Shown: positions 18,358 through 29,177, numbered from the stretch's first letter. The stretch: 39,966 nucleotides of DNA from Candidatus Saccharimonadota bacterium (GCA_027365445.1 DAHXNJ010000049.1:1-39966), one strand, 5' to 3'. Numbers and translations are program-made. The notes: a model not told the origin generated them from the letters alone.

Positions 18358-20016
18358 ATGCCAATTAATGAATCTATCAATGTTATAACTAAGAGCGATG
18401 AAAGAGCTGCCTATTTAGCTACACAAGCAAGCAACGCCGAACAAACCAGTGATAGATCTCAAGACATAGAATCTCAAGAATTTAGCTTAAGCGACTCCGA
18501 ACAAGCTAGGCTTAGTCATAAGCATAAAAATGGTCAAGAGTTTAGTGCATATAGTGCTGAACAGGCTAAAAAAATGTGTCCATTTTTAGGAGGGTTATCA
18601 TTAGAAGAGGCGGATCTTTATTTAACTTTATATGAACTTGGTGGTGAGGTAATGGCAAAAGAAGAGAAGGCTAAGTCTGAACAACGAGGTAATTTAAATA
18701 AAGAAAATAGCAAAGAACATATCCTAAAAGTAAAAAAAGATAAGGAGGAGATTTCTAGTGTAAGCACACCTCATACTGAAATAGTAAGACCGATTATAGA
18801 GTCAAGCCTTTCAGAAGATGAATTGTTGCTAAGTAAATCAAAACAAGAGTTGTCGCCTAGGCCGTTAATAGAGTTGTCTTTGCCAGATCTACCTACTCCA
18901 ATAGAGCCACCTAATATTAGAGCCGTACCACAAGAAGAACTTCATCAGCAATCTGTTGAACCATTAGATACTGTATTGGCTAGTAGTGTGCCAGATGATG
19001 CAATTAGATTACAGATTGATCAGCAAATTAATGAAGCTTTAGTTGCACCAATCATAGAAACAAGTAGGGATGATAATGTAGTTAACGATAGATTAATTGT
19101 AGCCGAGGAATTTACAGCCTTGCCTAATTTGGATATATTATTCCAGAATACAATAGCTAAAGGAGACTATCTTGAGGATAAACCTTTAATTTATTCTATA
19201 GATGAACTAGAAAGTAGGTTAGTTAATAAAGAAGATATTATACTGCCGGATGTATCAATTACTGAAGAAGAAAATGACGATGCATTTTTTGCGATAACAG
19301 CAAATGATATGGGCGAAATGATAGCTAATGACGCACTTAGCGTAAGAAGGTCTGAAGAAGTTGTTGTTCTGGTTGACGAAGCCATACGGTTAAGTGAAAG
19401 TACTGAAACGGGCGCTGATCAAGCTGATCTTTGTAATCCGGTTGAATTGTTGTGTGATATTTTAGAAGATGCTAGATTAAAGCAGCTCAGTGAGATACTT
19501 GTCATGCCTGACTTATTAAATAGCGATTATGAGCCAGATAGTTTAGATATAAAAGAAGATAATCTATCAGAGGAAGAGATGGTTATCTTTCCTGCTTCGA
19601 TGATAAAGATAGTCGATCGACTTAGTGCTCCAATTGATGAGAGTGAGACAAATATGGCTCATATTGTTACGGAGATTATAATTAAAGCTCAATTGTTATC
19701 AGAACCAGTAACTGAGTCTATAGACTTAAGTGATGAAGAATTTAAGGATATTGAATGTGAGCTAGAAGTATTGGTAGCAAATTTATATGATGCTATGGGT
19801 ATCGACTTTGATCAATCGGAAATTGATCTATTTGTTAGTATACTGAAGGATCATAAATTTCACTCTAGTGTGTCTTTAGAGCAATCCGATATTGACTTAA
19901 CTAAAGCCGGAACTAGAGAAGCAAAAACAAGTTTTCAGCACTTTAGTAATACTTTTATTGATTGGCAACAACAAATACTTATGCTAATTGGTAAATTATC
20001 GTTGCTATATGCATAG
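18358..20016 (+). CDS. Hypothetical highly acidic protein (552 aa)
   Basis: Long ORF, Glu/Asp-rich, likely largely disordered; CPF motif near the N-terminus. Confidence 0.7.
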   Translation: MPINESINVITKSDERAAYLATQASNAEQTSDRSQDIESQEFSLSDSEQARLSHKHKNGQEFSAYSAEQAKKMCPFLGGLSLEEADLYLTLYELGGEVMAKEEKAKSEQRGNLNKENSKEHILKVKKDKEEISSVSTPHTEIVRPIIESSLSEDELLLSKSKQELSPRPLIELSLPDLPTPIEPPNIRAVPQEELHQQSVEPLDTVLASSVPDDAIRLQIDQQINEALVAPIIETSRDDNVVNDRLIVAEEFTALPNLDILFQNTIAKGDYLEDKPLIYSIDELESRLVNKEDIILPDVSITEEENDDAFFAITANDMGEMIANDALSVRRSEEVVVLVDEAIRLSESTETGADQADLCNPVELLCDILEDARLKQLSEILVMPDLLNSDYEPDSLDIKEDNLSEEEMVIFPASMIKIVDRLSAPIDESETNMAHIVTEIIIKAQLLSEPVTESIDLSDEEFKDIECELEVLVANLYDAMGIDFDQSEIDLFVSILKDHKFHSSVSLEQSDIDLTKAGTREAKTSFQHFSNTFIDWQQQILMLIGKLSLLYA

Positions 20017-20079
20017 CTTTTAATTCCTTGTTATTAGTTTAAGTCATGGACTGTATATTTAAACCAATATATAGTAATA

Positions 20080-20502
20080 ATGTATAATACATTAAAATAT
20101 GGATATATTATGATTGAAGGAGCTAGGGACTTAGAGGCTTACACCATAACCAGAGATGAATATTATAGTAAAAATGTAGGTGATCAAGAGAGAAAAATAA
20201 TAAAGCCAAATATTACTGATATGGCTAATAAAATAATAAAAGCAGAGATGCTTAGTGATATTATTAGCGATAAGCCATGGATTGATCGTGCAAAATGTAA
20301 TATTCAAAAAGTAGAAGCAAACCTATTTTTCCCATCAACAACAGAAGGGGCTATAGTAGCTTGTGAGTATTGCCAGGATTGCCCGGTAAAAAAAGAATGT
20401 AAACAATATGCAATTGACAACAAAGAAGTATATGGAGTATGGGGTGGTGTTGATTTTGAGAGAGAAAAGAGAAGGGCAAAATATTTGCGAAACCATAAAT
20501 AA
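20080..20502 (+). CDS. whiB: WhiB-family Fe-S transcriptional regulator
   Basis: W..RAKC...LFFP...CQDCPVKKEC..YA.....YGVWGG; basic C-terminal tail; true start uncertain. Confidence 0.92.
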   Translation: MYNTLKYGYIMIEGARDLEAYTITRDEYYSKNVGDQERKIIKPNITDMANKIIKAEMLSDIISDKPWIDRAKCNIQKVEANLFFPSTTEGAIVACEYCQDCPVKKECKQYAIDNKEVYGVWGGVDFEREKRRAKYLRNHK

Positions 20503-20645
20503 GTGAGCATTTAAATAAATTAGTTTGCGAGGACTGTCATTAGGGTGTTTTTTTGGGATATGAAAAAGATGAGATAAGTGTTAATATAATAATTGTAAGC
20601 TAAAAACAAAAACATTATTTTAAAGTTGCTGCCGTTATTTGAGGC

Positions 20646-21764
20646 ATGAGAAAAAAAATATTAAAGCTACTATCCAAAAGAGTTAAGAATACCTTCTATT
20701 CGGTTGGTTCTATATTTTTAGTTGGATTAGTTATATCTTTTGCGTTACCTCCTATAAAAAGAATAAATATCGTGCCTACTTCTCAATCTAAAGTAATAAC
20801 TAAGCCAAAGGCCGTTATTAAACCAGAAAAAGTAAAGCCTAAGACAATATCTAAGCCAAGTCCTAAGCCCGTTGTTAGTTATAATAGTCCACCACCTGTA
20901 ACTAAAAGTCCTGCTCCTACAACTACTCAGAAGACTACGTCTGCTCCAACGACAGTTATTACTCCCGCACCGAGTAGCAGTGTAAATACACTAACTCCCT
21001 CAACTTCGTCATCCTCTACCAGTACTTCCACTTCCACTTCGACCTCTTCGTCATCCTCAACTAGTACTTCAACTTCGACCTCTTCATCAACCCCTACTTC
21101 TAGTCCTCCTCCCGCTACTACATCTACGAGTTATACTTCATCAAATTGGGCAGGGTATCTAGTTGCTTCGACAAAGTATACCGCTATAACTGCTGACTGG
21201 GTTGCTCCAACAGTTACCGGTAATGGTGCTTCTCTTTCAGCTGACGCATCTTGGATTGGGATTGGTGGTGTTACGACTTCAGATTTAATACAAATCGGGA
21301 CAGATAATACCGTATCATCTTCAGGAGTTGTAACTACAGGAGCTTTTTATGAGCTTTTACCTAATGCCGCTATTACGATCACCTCCCTTAACATATCACC
21401 TGGAGATACAATAAATGCATCAATCCAAGAAACTTCTACTAATGAATGGACGATTACGTTAATTGATGTAACTAAAAATCAAACTTTTACTAAAAATGTT
21501 TCCTATACTTCTTCGTTGTCTTCGGCTGAGTGGATCGAAGAAGATCCAAGCAATAGCTCTGGAAACCTATATCCGTTGGATAATTTTGGCACTGTATCTT
21601 TTAGTGACGTTACTACGACTGCAAATGGTACTAAAGAAGATTTAAGTGCTGTCAATGGAGATAGTATTACGATGTTAAATAGTTCAAGTCAACCTATTGC
21701 TACGCCATCAGCTATTGGAAGCAATGGTTCTAGTTTTAGTGTAACTAGGCAAAATCCTAGTTAA
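20646..21764 (+). CDS. Membrane-tethered G1 family glutamic peptidase (peptidase A4/eqolisin) on a Pro/Thr/Ser stalk
   Basis: SSNWAGY, SWIGIGG, LIQIGT (catalytic Gln), SAEWIEEDP (catalytic Glu); N-terminal TM. Confidence 0.9.
   Translation: MRKKILKLLSKRVKNTFYSVGSIFLVGLVISFALPPIKRINIVPTSQSKVITKPKAVIKPEKVKPKTISKPSPKPVVSYNSPPPVTKSPAPTTTQKTTSAPTTVITPAPSSSVNTLTPSTSSSSTSTSTSTSTSSSSSTSTSTSTSSSTPTSSPPPATTSTSYTSSNWAGYLVASTKYTAITADWVAPTVTGNGASLSADASWIGIGGVTTSDLIQIGTDNTVSSSGVVTTGAFYELLPNAAITITSLNISPGDTINASIQETSTNEWTITLIDVTKNQTFTKNVSYTSSLSSAEWIEEDPSNSSGNLYPLDNFGTVSFSDVTTTANGTKEDLSAVNGDSITMLNSSSQPIATPSAIGSNGSSFSVTRQNPS
21003..21088 (+). repeat. Imperfect tandem duplication encoding the Ser/Thr linker
   Basis: CTTCGTCATCCTC and AGTACTTC...ACTTCGACCTCTTC each occur twice; ACTTCC hexamer runs. 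Confidence 0.7.
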
Positions 21765-21775
21765 GGGATATAAAA

Positions 21776-23236
21776 ATGAATAATGAAAATTTAAGAATAT
21801 ATGAGATCAATACCGCCAGTTGGTTAACTAAACTTAGTGTTAAATATGAGACGGCAATCAATTTAGGAAATATACCACTGAATGAGTGGAATAGTATTAT
21901 AGGTTTAGACTTTAATGCCATTTGGTTAATGGGCATTTGGCAACGCAGCGACCTGGCCATAGATATCAATCTTGCAGATGAAGCGTTTATGTCTGAAATG
22001 AGTAGTATATTAGATAACTTTAACCCTAGAAATGATTTAATAGGCTCTGCGTATAGCGTACGGGATTATGCTGTTAATGAAAAATTTGGAGATAAAGAAG
22101 ATGTTATTAAGATTAAAAAACTATTAAATGAAAGTGGTATCAAATTAATTCTAGATTATGTACCAAATCATGTGGCGCCGGATCACAAATGGGCAAAAGA
22201 TCATCCTGAGTATTTTATTCAAGGTAGTATAGAAGAGGCAAACAATGATCCAAAAGCATATTTAAATATTGATGGTAATGTTTATGCTAATGGTCGTGAC
22301 CCATATCTAGAACCTTGGAATGATGTTATTCAACTCAATGCATTTAATGAGGAATATCGAAAAGCTTCGGTTGAATTATTATTATCTATTGCACCTATGT
22401 GTGATGGAGTTAGGTGTGATATGGCTATGTTAATGTTAAGTTCGATATTCATAAGTACTTGGAAGAGTAAGTTGAATGAGGAAAGTCATGAAGAATACTG
22501 GCTTCAGGTTATTCCTCGGGTAAAGGAAGAATATCCAGACTTTATTTTTATTGCCGAAAGCTATTGGAACTGCGAACGAGAATTAATCAGTAATGGATTT
22601 GATATTTGTTATGATAAAGATTTTTACGATCATCTTCTAGCTAGGGATGTACATCTATTAGGTCTAGACATTAATAAAGATATTCATGACTTAAACCAAA
22701 CACTGAGATTTCTAGAAAATCATGATGAACCAAGGATTGCTACAGCTTTGCCTTATGAATTATTGAAAATAGCCTTGATTGTATTTGCTGCTACGCCAGG
22801 ATCAAAACTATTCTTTGATGGACAATTAGAAGGTATGAAAATTCGTACCCCGGTTCAGCTTAACAGAGATCCAGCAAGCCAGACTGATGAATATTTAGCT
22901 CACTATTATCGACGGTTTCTATTTTTAATCAATAACATAGAGCTAGTTTCGTTAGACTATCTTGTAGTTCGTTTTTATGATGATAGCTTAAATAATCGAC
23001 TACTTAGCTGGGCGTACACTAGTAGTAAGCAGGGCTATTTATTCTTAACAAATTGGAGTAGTGACATGATACAGTTAAATATGGCTACATTGGATATTGC
23101 TAACTTATTAGATAATAAAAAAATAGATTGCATTTTTACGACCAATGAAGATAATAGATATGTTGAAACTTTATCTTTAGAAACAGATATAAGCATTGAA
23201 CCTTATGAAGGATTGATATTGAGCATTAGCTCTTAA
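21776..23236 (+). CDS. GH13 alpha-amylase family glycoside hydrolase (cytoplasmic)
   Basis: DYVPNH, DGVRCDMA (nucleophile), FIAESY (acid/base), ENHDE. Confidence 0.92.
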   Translation: MNNENLRIYEINTASWLTKLSVKYETAINLGNIPLNEWNSIIGLDFNAIWLMGIWQRSDLAIDINLADEAFMSEMSSILDNFNPRNDLIGSAYSVRDYAVNEKFGDKEDVIKIKKLLNESGIKLILDYVPNHVAPDHKWAKDHPEYFIQGSIEEANNDPKAYLNIDGNVYANGRDPYLEPWNDVIQLNAFNEEYRKASVELLLSIAPMCDGVRCDMAMLMLSSIFISTWKSKLNEESHEEYWLQVIPRVKEEYPDFIFIAESYWNCERELISNGFDICYDKDFYDHLLARDVHLLGLDINKDIHDLNQTLRFLENHDEPRIATALPYELLKIALIVFAATPGSKLFFDGQLEGMKIRTPVQLNRDPASQTDEYLAHYYRRFLFLINNIELVSLDYLVVRFYDDSLNNRLLSWAYTSSKQGYLFLTNWSSDMIQLNMATLDIANLLDNKKIDCIFTTNEDNRYVETLSLETDISIEPYEGLILSISS

Positions 23237-23367
23237 AGTAATAAAGGCGGTTCGTGTATTAGATTTAACATAACATAATGCTAAAAAAGTTAGCATATAT
23301 GCATAAATTATGATATAATAAATATTAACAAGATTATAAAATCTTATATTAAGTAGATAAGAGGCCT

Positions 23368-25185
23368 ATGCAAGATCCTGAGAAAATTAGAAACATTGCC
23401 ATCATAGCTCACGTAGATCACGGAAAAACTACGTTAGTAGATGGATTATTAAAACAATCTCAGACATTTCGGGTTAATCAGGCCGAAATGACTCAAGATT
23501 TAATTATGGATAGTGGTGATCAAGAGCGTGAAAGAGGAATTACTATTACCGCTAAGGTGACTGCTGTTCAGTATGGCGAATATAGGATTAATATAATTGA
23601 TACTCCCGGACATGCGGATTTTAGTGGTGAAGTTGAAAGAACGCTTAATATGGCAGATGGAGCTTTGCTCATAGTTGATGCTCAAGAAGGTCCAATGCCA
23701 CAAACAAAGTTTGTTTTGTCTAAAGCTCTTGCCGCCGGTCTAAAACCGATTGTAATAATCAATAAAATAGATAAACCGGGTTCAAGAATAAAACAAGTTG
23801 AAGACGAAATAGCTAATCTTTTCTTAGAATTAGCAGTCCATGAAGATCAGCTACATTATCCTACTTATTATGCAATTGGGCGTAATGGAAAGGCTTGGTC
23901 TTCTGTTCCGGAAAATAGCGAAGAGGAAACGGATCTTAAGGTTATATTTGGCGCTATTATAGAGCATGTTCCACCACCTAAAATTGAATTAGACAAGCCA
24001 TTTCAAATGATGGTAACTTCGCTTTCGTGGGATAGTTTTCAGGGTAAGTATGCAATTGGACGTATTAGTAGAGGAAAAATAAAAAACGGAGATCAAGTCA
24101 GTGTAGTGCGTAAGGATGGAACGATATATAAAGCAAAAATTGAAAACTTATATATGACCCAGGGATTAGCTCGTTTTAAGGTTGATAGTGCGGTCGCCGG
24201 AGATATTGTTCAATTAACAGGTATGGTTGATGTTAAGATTGGCGAAACTGTAGCTAGTGTTGATTCTCCTGAAGCCTTGCCTGCTATGGAGATTGAGGCC
24301 CCGACTCTAAAAATCTACCTAGGACCTAATACTAGCCCATTTAAGGGTCAGGAAGGTAAGTTTTCGACTAGTCGACAAATTAGTGAGCGTCTTTATAAAG
24401 AACTTGAAACTAATATTGGTCTTGAAGTTAGTGAAGAAGGTATTGGCTTTGTAGTTAGTGGACGCGGTGAGTTACATCTTAGTGTTTTGATTGAATCAAT
24501 GCGCCGAGAAGGATATGAATTTGAAGTCGGCAGACCACAGGTTGTCACAAAACTTGAGGATAATAAGATCGTAGAGCCGATTGAAGAATTATTAGTAGAA
24601 GTCCCAACCGAACATGTGGGAGCCGTCCAAATGGAGCTCGGCAAAAGAAGAGCTCAGCTAAAAGAGCAATTTTCTAATCATGAAGGCATGACCAAACTAG
24701 TATACGAACTACCAACAAGAGTTTTAATTGGTCTTAGAAACATTTTACTTACCAATACAAAAGGAACAGTAATTATGAACAGCTTAACTATTGGTTATAG
24801 CGATATGGGTCAATCTTTAGCTCAGCTTAGGAATGGAGTATTGATTGCTTATGAAACTGGGATTACAACACCTTACGCGCTAGAAACTGCAGAATCACGC
24901 GGAATTGTATTTGTTGGTCCAGCCTTGAAGGTTTATGCTGGGCAAATAATCGGCTTAAACAATCGAAGTGAAGATATGGAGATAAATGTTTGTAAGGCAA
25001 AGCATCTAACTAATATGCGTAGTTCAAGTAGCGATGGTGTCGTTCAGTTAACTCCTCCAACCATATTAAGTCTAGAGCAATGTTTAGATTTTATTGAAAA
25101 TGATGAACTGTTAGAAGTTACGCCGGAAAACTTAAGATTGCGCAAAAAAGAGTTAGATCATCTAAAAAGGAAAAGACAAAAATAG
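23368..25185 (+). CDS. typA: Translational GTPase TypA/BipA
   Basis: RNIAIIAHVDHGKTTLVD, ERERGITI, DTPGHADF, NKID, GRGELHL, C-terminal LEVTP. Confidence 0.97.
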   Translation: MQDPEKIRNIAIIAHVDHGKTTLVDGLLKQSQTFRVNQAEMTQDLIMDSGDQERERGITITAKVTAVQYGEYRINIIDTPGHADFSGEVERTLNMADGALLIVDAQEGPMPQTKFVLSKALAAGLKPIVIINKIDKPGSRIKQVEDEIANLFLELAVHEDQLHYPTYYAIGRNGKAWSSVPENSEEETDLKVIFGAIIEHVPPPKIELDKPFQMMVTSLSWDSFQGKYAIGRISRGKIKNGDQVSVVRKDGTIYKAKIENLYMTQGLARFKVDSAVAGDIVQLTGMVDVKIGETVASVDSPEALPAMEIEAPTLKIYLGPNTSPFKGQEGKFSTSRQISERLYKELETNIGLEVSEEGIGFVVSGRGELHLSVLIESMRREGYEFEVGRPQVVTKLEDNKIVEPIEELLVEVPTEHVGAVQMELGKRRAQLKEQFSNHEGMTKLVYELPTRVLIGLRNILLTNTKGTVIMNSLTIGYSDMGQSLAQLRNGVLIAYETGITTPYALETAESRGIVFVGPALKVYAGQIIGLNNRSEDMEINVCKAKHLTNMRSSSSDGVVQLTPPTILSLEQCLDFIENDELLEVTPENLRLRKKELDHLKRKRQK

Positions 25186-25194
25186 TTAGCTAAT

Positions 25195-26499
25195 TTATTC
25201 GTATCTTAATGCTTCGATAGGATCTTTCTTACTAGCTCTAATAGCCGGCAGTGTACCTGCTAGAAAAGCAATAAACATTATACCTATTATGACTATCAAT
25301 ATTGTGCTTACAGGAAAAGTAAGAAGGGATAAGCCGGGGAAATTTTTAACAAAAGTATGAGCACCAATAGTATTAATAATTTTTCCAATTATAGCAGCAA
25401 ATATTACTCCTATGACGCTACCTAAGAATCCTATTAACATCGCTTCAATACTAAATAATGCAAATATTCTTCTTGGGCTCATTCCAAGAGCTTTCATTAA
25501 GCCTATTTCCTTTGTTCTTTCTTGTACTGACATCAATAGAGTGTTGACGATACCAAATGATGCAGCCAGTAATGCAATCACACCAAACATATCAAAAACA
25601 ATAATGATGACGTTTATAGCAGTAAATATAGTATTTTCTTGGTTTTTTACAGTTTGACCTGTATAGCCTTTTTTTGTTAATTGGTTTTGTAAAGCGGTGA
25701 TCTGTTTAGCTGTAAAATTAGATGGAAAAGTGGCTTCAATAGTCGTAAACTCGTTGGCTATTGATGTTGGTAATCCTTTGCTCTGTAGTGCATATAATTG
25801 ATTACCGAGCGCAGTATTAGCAAAAGCAGTTGCATTGCCAATTAAGTTTTTTTGTTGGACACCAGTTACTGTCGCGTTTACAGTTTTTTGTTGTCCCAAA
25901 GCATCAGTAATTCCGATCTCAACTGTTTTACCGATAATAGAGTTACTATTATAGCCAAGTGAAGCGGGATATGTTGATGGAACAGTGATTTGGTTGTTTG
26001 GATTGTTGTTGTTTACGCCATTACCACTAAGCATACCGGCTGTTGTCGAGCCAAATTGCTGCATTAGAGTTAGCTGATACTTATTACCGTTAGAGCTCAT
26101 AATATAGTCAGGCGATAGAGTGTGTACTGCTACGGCACTTGTTATATTGGGTATTGCTTTGATAGTGCTTAAATCTTTATTGGTCATAAGTAGTTGTTTC
26201 TTGCCTGGACCGCGCCCACCAATTAAGGCTGTCTTATGATTTGGATTATATTTTGCTGGAGGGCTATTTGAAGATTTCGGACCAGAAGAGTTTTTGTTCG
26301 TTAAATTAATAGTAAGAACATTGGTTGCTCCTAGATTGCCTAATTGTTTATTAAGATAACTTTTTATACCTGTTCCAATACCGTTTGTTAGGGTAATGGT
26401 CATGGCGCCAATTAATATTGCAATAATAGTCAGTAGTGTTCTGGCTTTACTTCGAAACATGCTTGAGCTAGCGCTTTGCACTAAGTCTCTAAAATTCAT
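25195..26499 (-). CDS. ABC transporter permease, MacB/FtsX family
   Basis: RTLLTIIAILIG, large extracellular loop, SVQERTKEIGLMKALG, PAIRASKKDPIEALRYE. Confidence 0.93.
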   Translation of the reverse strand: MNFRDLVQSASSSMFRSKARTLLTIIAILIGAMTITLTNGIGTGIKSYLNKQLGNLGATNVLTINLTNKNSSGPKSSNSPPAKYNPNHKTALIGGRGPGKKQLLMTNKDLSTIKAIPNITSAVAVHTLSPDYIMSSNGNKYQLTLMQQFGSTTAGMLSGNGVNNNNPNNQITVPSTYPASLGYNSNSIIGKTVEIGITDALGQQKTVNATVTGVQQKNLIGNATAFANTALGNQLYALQSKGLPTSIANEFTTIEATFPSNFTAKQITALQNQLTKKGYTGQTVKNQENTIFTAINVIIIVFDMFGVIALLAASFGIVNTLLMSVQERTKEIGLMKALGMSPRRIFALFSIEAMLIGFLGSVIGVIFAAIIGKIINTIGAHTFVKNFPGLSLLTFPVSTILIVIIGIMFIAFLAGTLPAIRASKKDPIEALRYE

Positions 26500-27188
26500 A
26501 CATTACTCCATTTGCTTATTTTTCCATCTTGAATATGTATTTGTCGATCACATCGTTTAGCTATATCTGGATCATGGGTAACTATAATCAAGGTTATATT
26601 TTTTTCTTTATTAAGCTTGAATAGAAGATCTTCGACAGTTTTACCAGTGTGGCTATCTAAGTTTCCGGTAGGTTCATCTGCAAATATAATAGATGGATTA
26701 TTGATAAGCGCTCGGGCGATACAAACTCGTTGTTTTTGGCCTCCGCTAAGGTTACCGGCTTTATCTTTAGCTTTATTTGTTAATTCTACTGATTCCAGCG
26801 CATTCATGCCCCTCTGATTGCGCTCTTTTCTTCCAACTCTAGCAATTTTTAGGGGTAGAATAACATTATTCAATACCGTGTCGTTGGCATTTAAGAAAAA
26901 TTGCTGAAATACAAAACCGTAACTCTTATTGCGTAGTTCGTCTAATTCTGTACCCTTCATTGTTGTTGCGTCTTTATTGTTAATTAGAACTGTGCCTTTT
27001 GTCGGTTTATCAAGTAATGCCAGTAGATGCATTAGAGTGCTTTTTCCAGATCCGCTTTTCCCTATAACCGCTACTGATTCACCGGCCGTAATTGATAAAT
27101 TTATATCTTCTAAGGCATCAAATGCCGCTTCACCTTTGCCATATATTTTTGTTATATGTTTGGCTACAATAACATTATTGGTATCCAT
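26496..27188 (-). CDS. ABC transporter ATP-binding protein (LolD/MacB-like)
   Basis: GKSGSGKS, LSGGQKQR, FADEPTGNLD, VTHD; ATGA overlap with the permease gene. Confidence 0.96.
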   Translation of the reverse strand: MDTNNVIVAKHITKIYGKGEAAFDALEDINLSITAGESVAVIGKSGSGKSTLMHLLALLDKPTKGTVLINNKDATTMKGTELDELRNKSYGFVFQQFFLNANDTVLNNVILPLKIARVGRKERNQRGMNALESVELTNKAKDKAGNLSGGQKQRVCIARALINNPSIIFADEPTGNLDSHTGKTVEDLLFKLNKEKNITLIIVTHDPDIAKRCDRQIHIQDGKISKWSNV

Positions 27189-27212
27189 GAACTTCTTCCT
27201 TATCTAATAAGT

Positions 27213-27458
27213 TTATATGAAAGTATCTTTAGCTTCGTTTAGCTGTACAAGTATTTGCTTCGCAAACTTCTCTAGTCCATCTGGCTTTATTAAAACTAGT
27301 CCATTTCTACTTGGATGTGTCATGACTAGTAACTTATCTCCTGATTTAAGGTTTATCGCTAACCGTGCTTCGGCAGGAATAACGATTTGGCCTTTATCAT
27401 TAACTGTAACAATTCCCTGGATTGAACGAGCAAATTTACTACTACTACTACTTGTCAT
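27213..27458 (-). CDS. AbrB/MazE/SpoVT family DNA-binding protein
   Basis: VTVNDKGQIVIPAEAR..INLKSGDKL; first gene of the ABC operon. Confidence 0.9.
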   Translation of the reverse strand: MTSSSSSKFARSIQGIVTVNDKGQIVIPAEARLAINLKSGDKLLVMTHPSRNGLVLIKPDGLEKFAKQILVQLNEAKDTFI

Positions 27459-27600
27459 AAAAGTAATAGTAACATACAGATCGTAGCTTAGGTATTAATT
27501 AATGGTATTTTCTCCGCTGATTCTAAGAATTAGAAAAATGTGTAGATAGTTGCAGAACAATTAATATAAATACATAACCGATTAGGTTATAATATTATCA

Positions 27601-28494
27601 ATGAGCAAAGGTCGTCATTATACTTATAGTGTTGTAATACCATGTTATAACGAAGCCGACTACATTGGTAATACGCTTAAATCTTTAATTGAACAAAAAA
27701 CAGATGTTACTTATGAAATTATTATAGTAGACAATAATTGTACTGATGAGACTGTGGCTATTGCACGGAAGTATGGAGCAAAAGTCGTGAGAGAATCTAT
27801 CCCTGGAGTATGCCCGGCTAGACAGGCTGGTACTGAAGCTGCTAAATACGATATTATCATCTCTACAGATGCTGACACCGTATTTGCTCCTAATTGGTTA
27901 CAGCGGATAGATCAAACTTTTAGGGCACATCCCGAATATATTGCAGTTGGTGGTCCTTGTCGTTATTACGATGGTCCTTGGTGGGGAAAGATATATACTC
28001 ACTTTTTATTTGGTTGGAGCTATCTTTATTTTCTAATCTTTGGCCATCCTTATTATATTACGGCAACTAATATTGCTTTTAAAAAATCTGAATGGACTGG
28101 CTATGATTCAAATTTAATGCAAGGAGGAGATGAGCTAGCATTGCTTCATCAATTAAGAGCTCGGGGTACTGTAGGATTTAGCATTAGTAATGCTACCTAT
28201 ACATCTGGCCGGAGATTGCAAAAGGGGCTACTATATAATGTATTTGTAACGTTTTTGTTTTATTATTTTGGTGCTTATTATATTAATTCTATATTTAAAA
28301 AGAATATTATAGGCGCCGCTCCCGCTTTTAGAAAAACTTATCAACATCCAAGAGCTTATATGCCAAGAATAGCTTTAGTAGCGTTTATTATGTTAATTGT
28401 GTTCGTTCCTTTGTATATCGACAGTCATCGGGTCAGTGTTTTTATCTATCATAATACAAAATATATAAGACCATTCATTAAAAAACTATTCTAA
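27601..28494 (+). CDS. Glycosyltransferase family 2 with C-terminal TM segments
   Basis: SVVIPCYNE, IVDNNCTD, ARQAG, TDAD (DxD), TSGRR. Confidence 0.92.
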   Translation: MSKGRHYTYSVVIPCYNEADYIGNTLKSLIEQKTDVTYEIIIVDNNCTDETVAIARKYGAKVVRESIPGVCPARQAGTEAAKYDIIISTDADTVFAPNWLQRIDQTFRAHPEYIAVGGPCRYYDGPWWGKIYTHFLFGWSYLYFLIFGHPYYITATNIAFKKSEWTGYDSNLMQGGDELALLHQLRARGTVGFSISNATYTSGRRLQKGLLYNVFVTFLFYYFGAYYINSIFKKNIIGAAPAFRKTYQHPRAYMPRIALVAFIMLIVFVPLYIDSHRVSVFIYHNTKYIRPFIKKLF

Positions 28495-29177
28495 AATGTT
28501 CTGATTATTATTTCATAGTTTCTCTCAAGTTGCCTGTTGAGGTTATTGAAAGATACTAAGTTAGTCATTCTATATTGACTTATGTATCCATGACACGAAG
28601 TTTGCTTATCTTTAAGTTGATCTTTGTTTAAAAGATTTACTTCAATTGTCACATCTGTGTTTAAAAGTTTTGATGCACGATTATTTAATTTAGATAAATA
28701 TTTTTTGCTAACTTTTTTTGGCATGCTCATGTATGGAATGTCTGGATAAAAACTGACTTTATAACCTTCATTTAATAAGCTGACGCCAAGTTCTCGTAAT
28801 AAGACATGATCTGGATGTTTATAGAGGAATGAGCCGGCTAGAGGAAAGTACATGATTGTATTCATGTCGATGTAATTAAATAATCTTTGTTTTAGGGTAG
28901 ATAATGTAGGATTATTCTTTCGATATTGAATATCTAATAAATCTAAGTAGTTAGCTTCTTTACCTAATTCATTTAAGACTTTCTTATTTTCTTTTCTTCT
29001 CAAGTTAACCATTTGAATCGAGTTTGATTCACCGCACAGCTTATCCCAAAGAGTAGCATGGTTATTATCAGGAATTCTTGCAAAAACAGTTAGCACATTT
29101 GCACCTTGAACTGCTATCGTATACCAACAAGATATAACAGCGTCATCCATATGAGGGGATATTATTAGTTGATTCAC
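28491..29177 (-). CDS. PIG-L/LmbE family N-acetylglucosaminyl deacetylase
   Basis: ISPHMDDAV, RRKEN, HPDH, Y.DIPY. Confidence 0.85.
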   Translation of the reverse strand: MNQLIISPHMDDAVISCWYTIAVQGANVLTVFARIPDNNHATLWDKLCGESNSIQMVNLRRKENKKVLNELGKEANYLDLLDIQYRKNNPTLSTLKQRLFNYIDMNTIMYFPLAGSFLYKHPDHVLLRELGVSLLNEGYKVSFYPDIPYMSMPKKVSKKYLSKLNNRASKLLNTDVTIEVNLLNKDQLKDKQTSCHGYISQYRMTNLVSFNNLNRQLERNYEIIIRTF

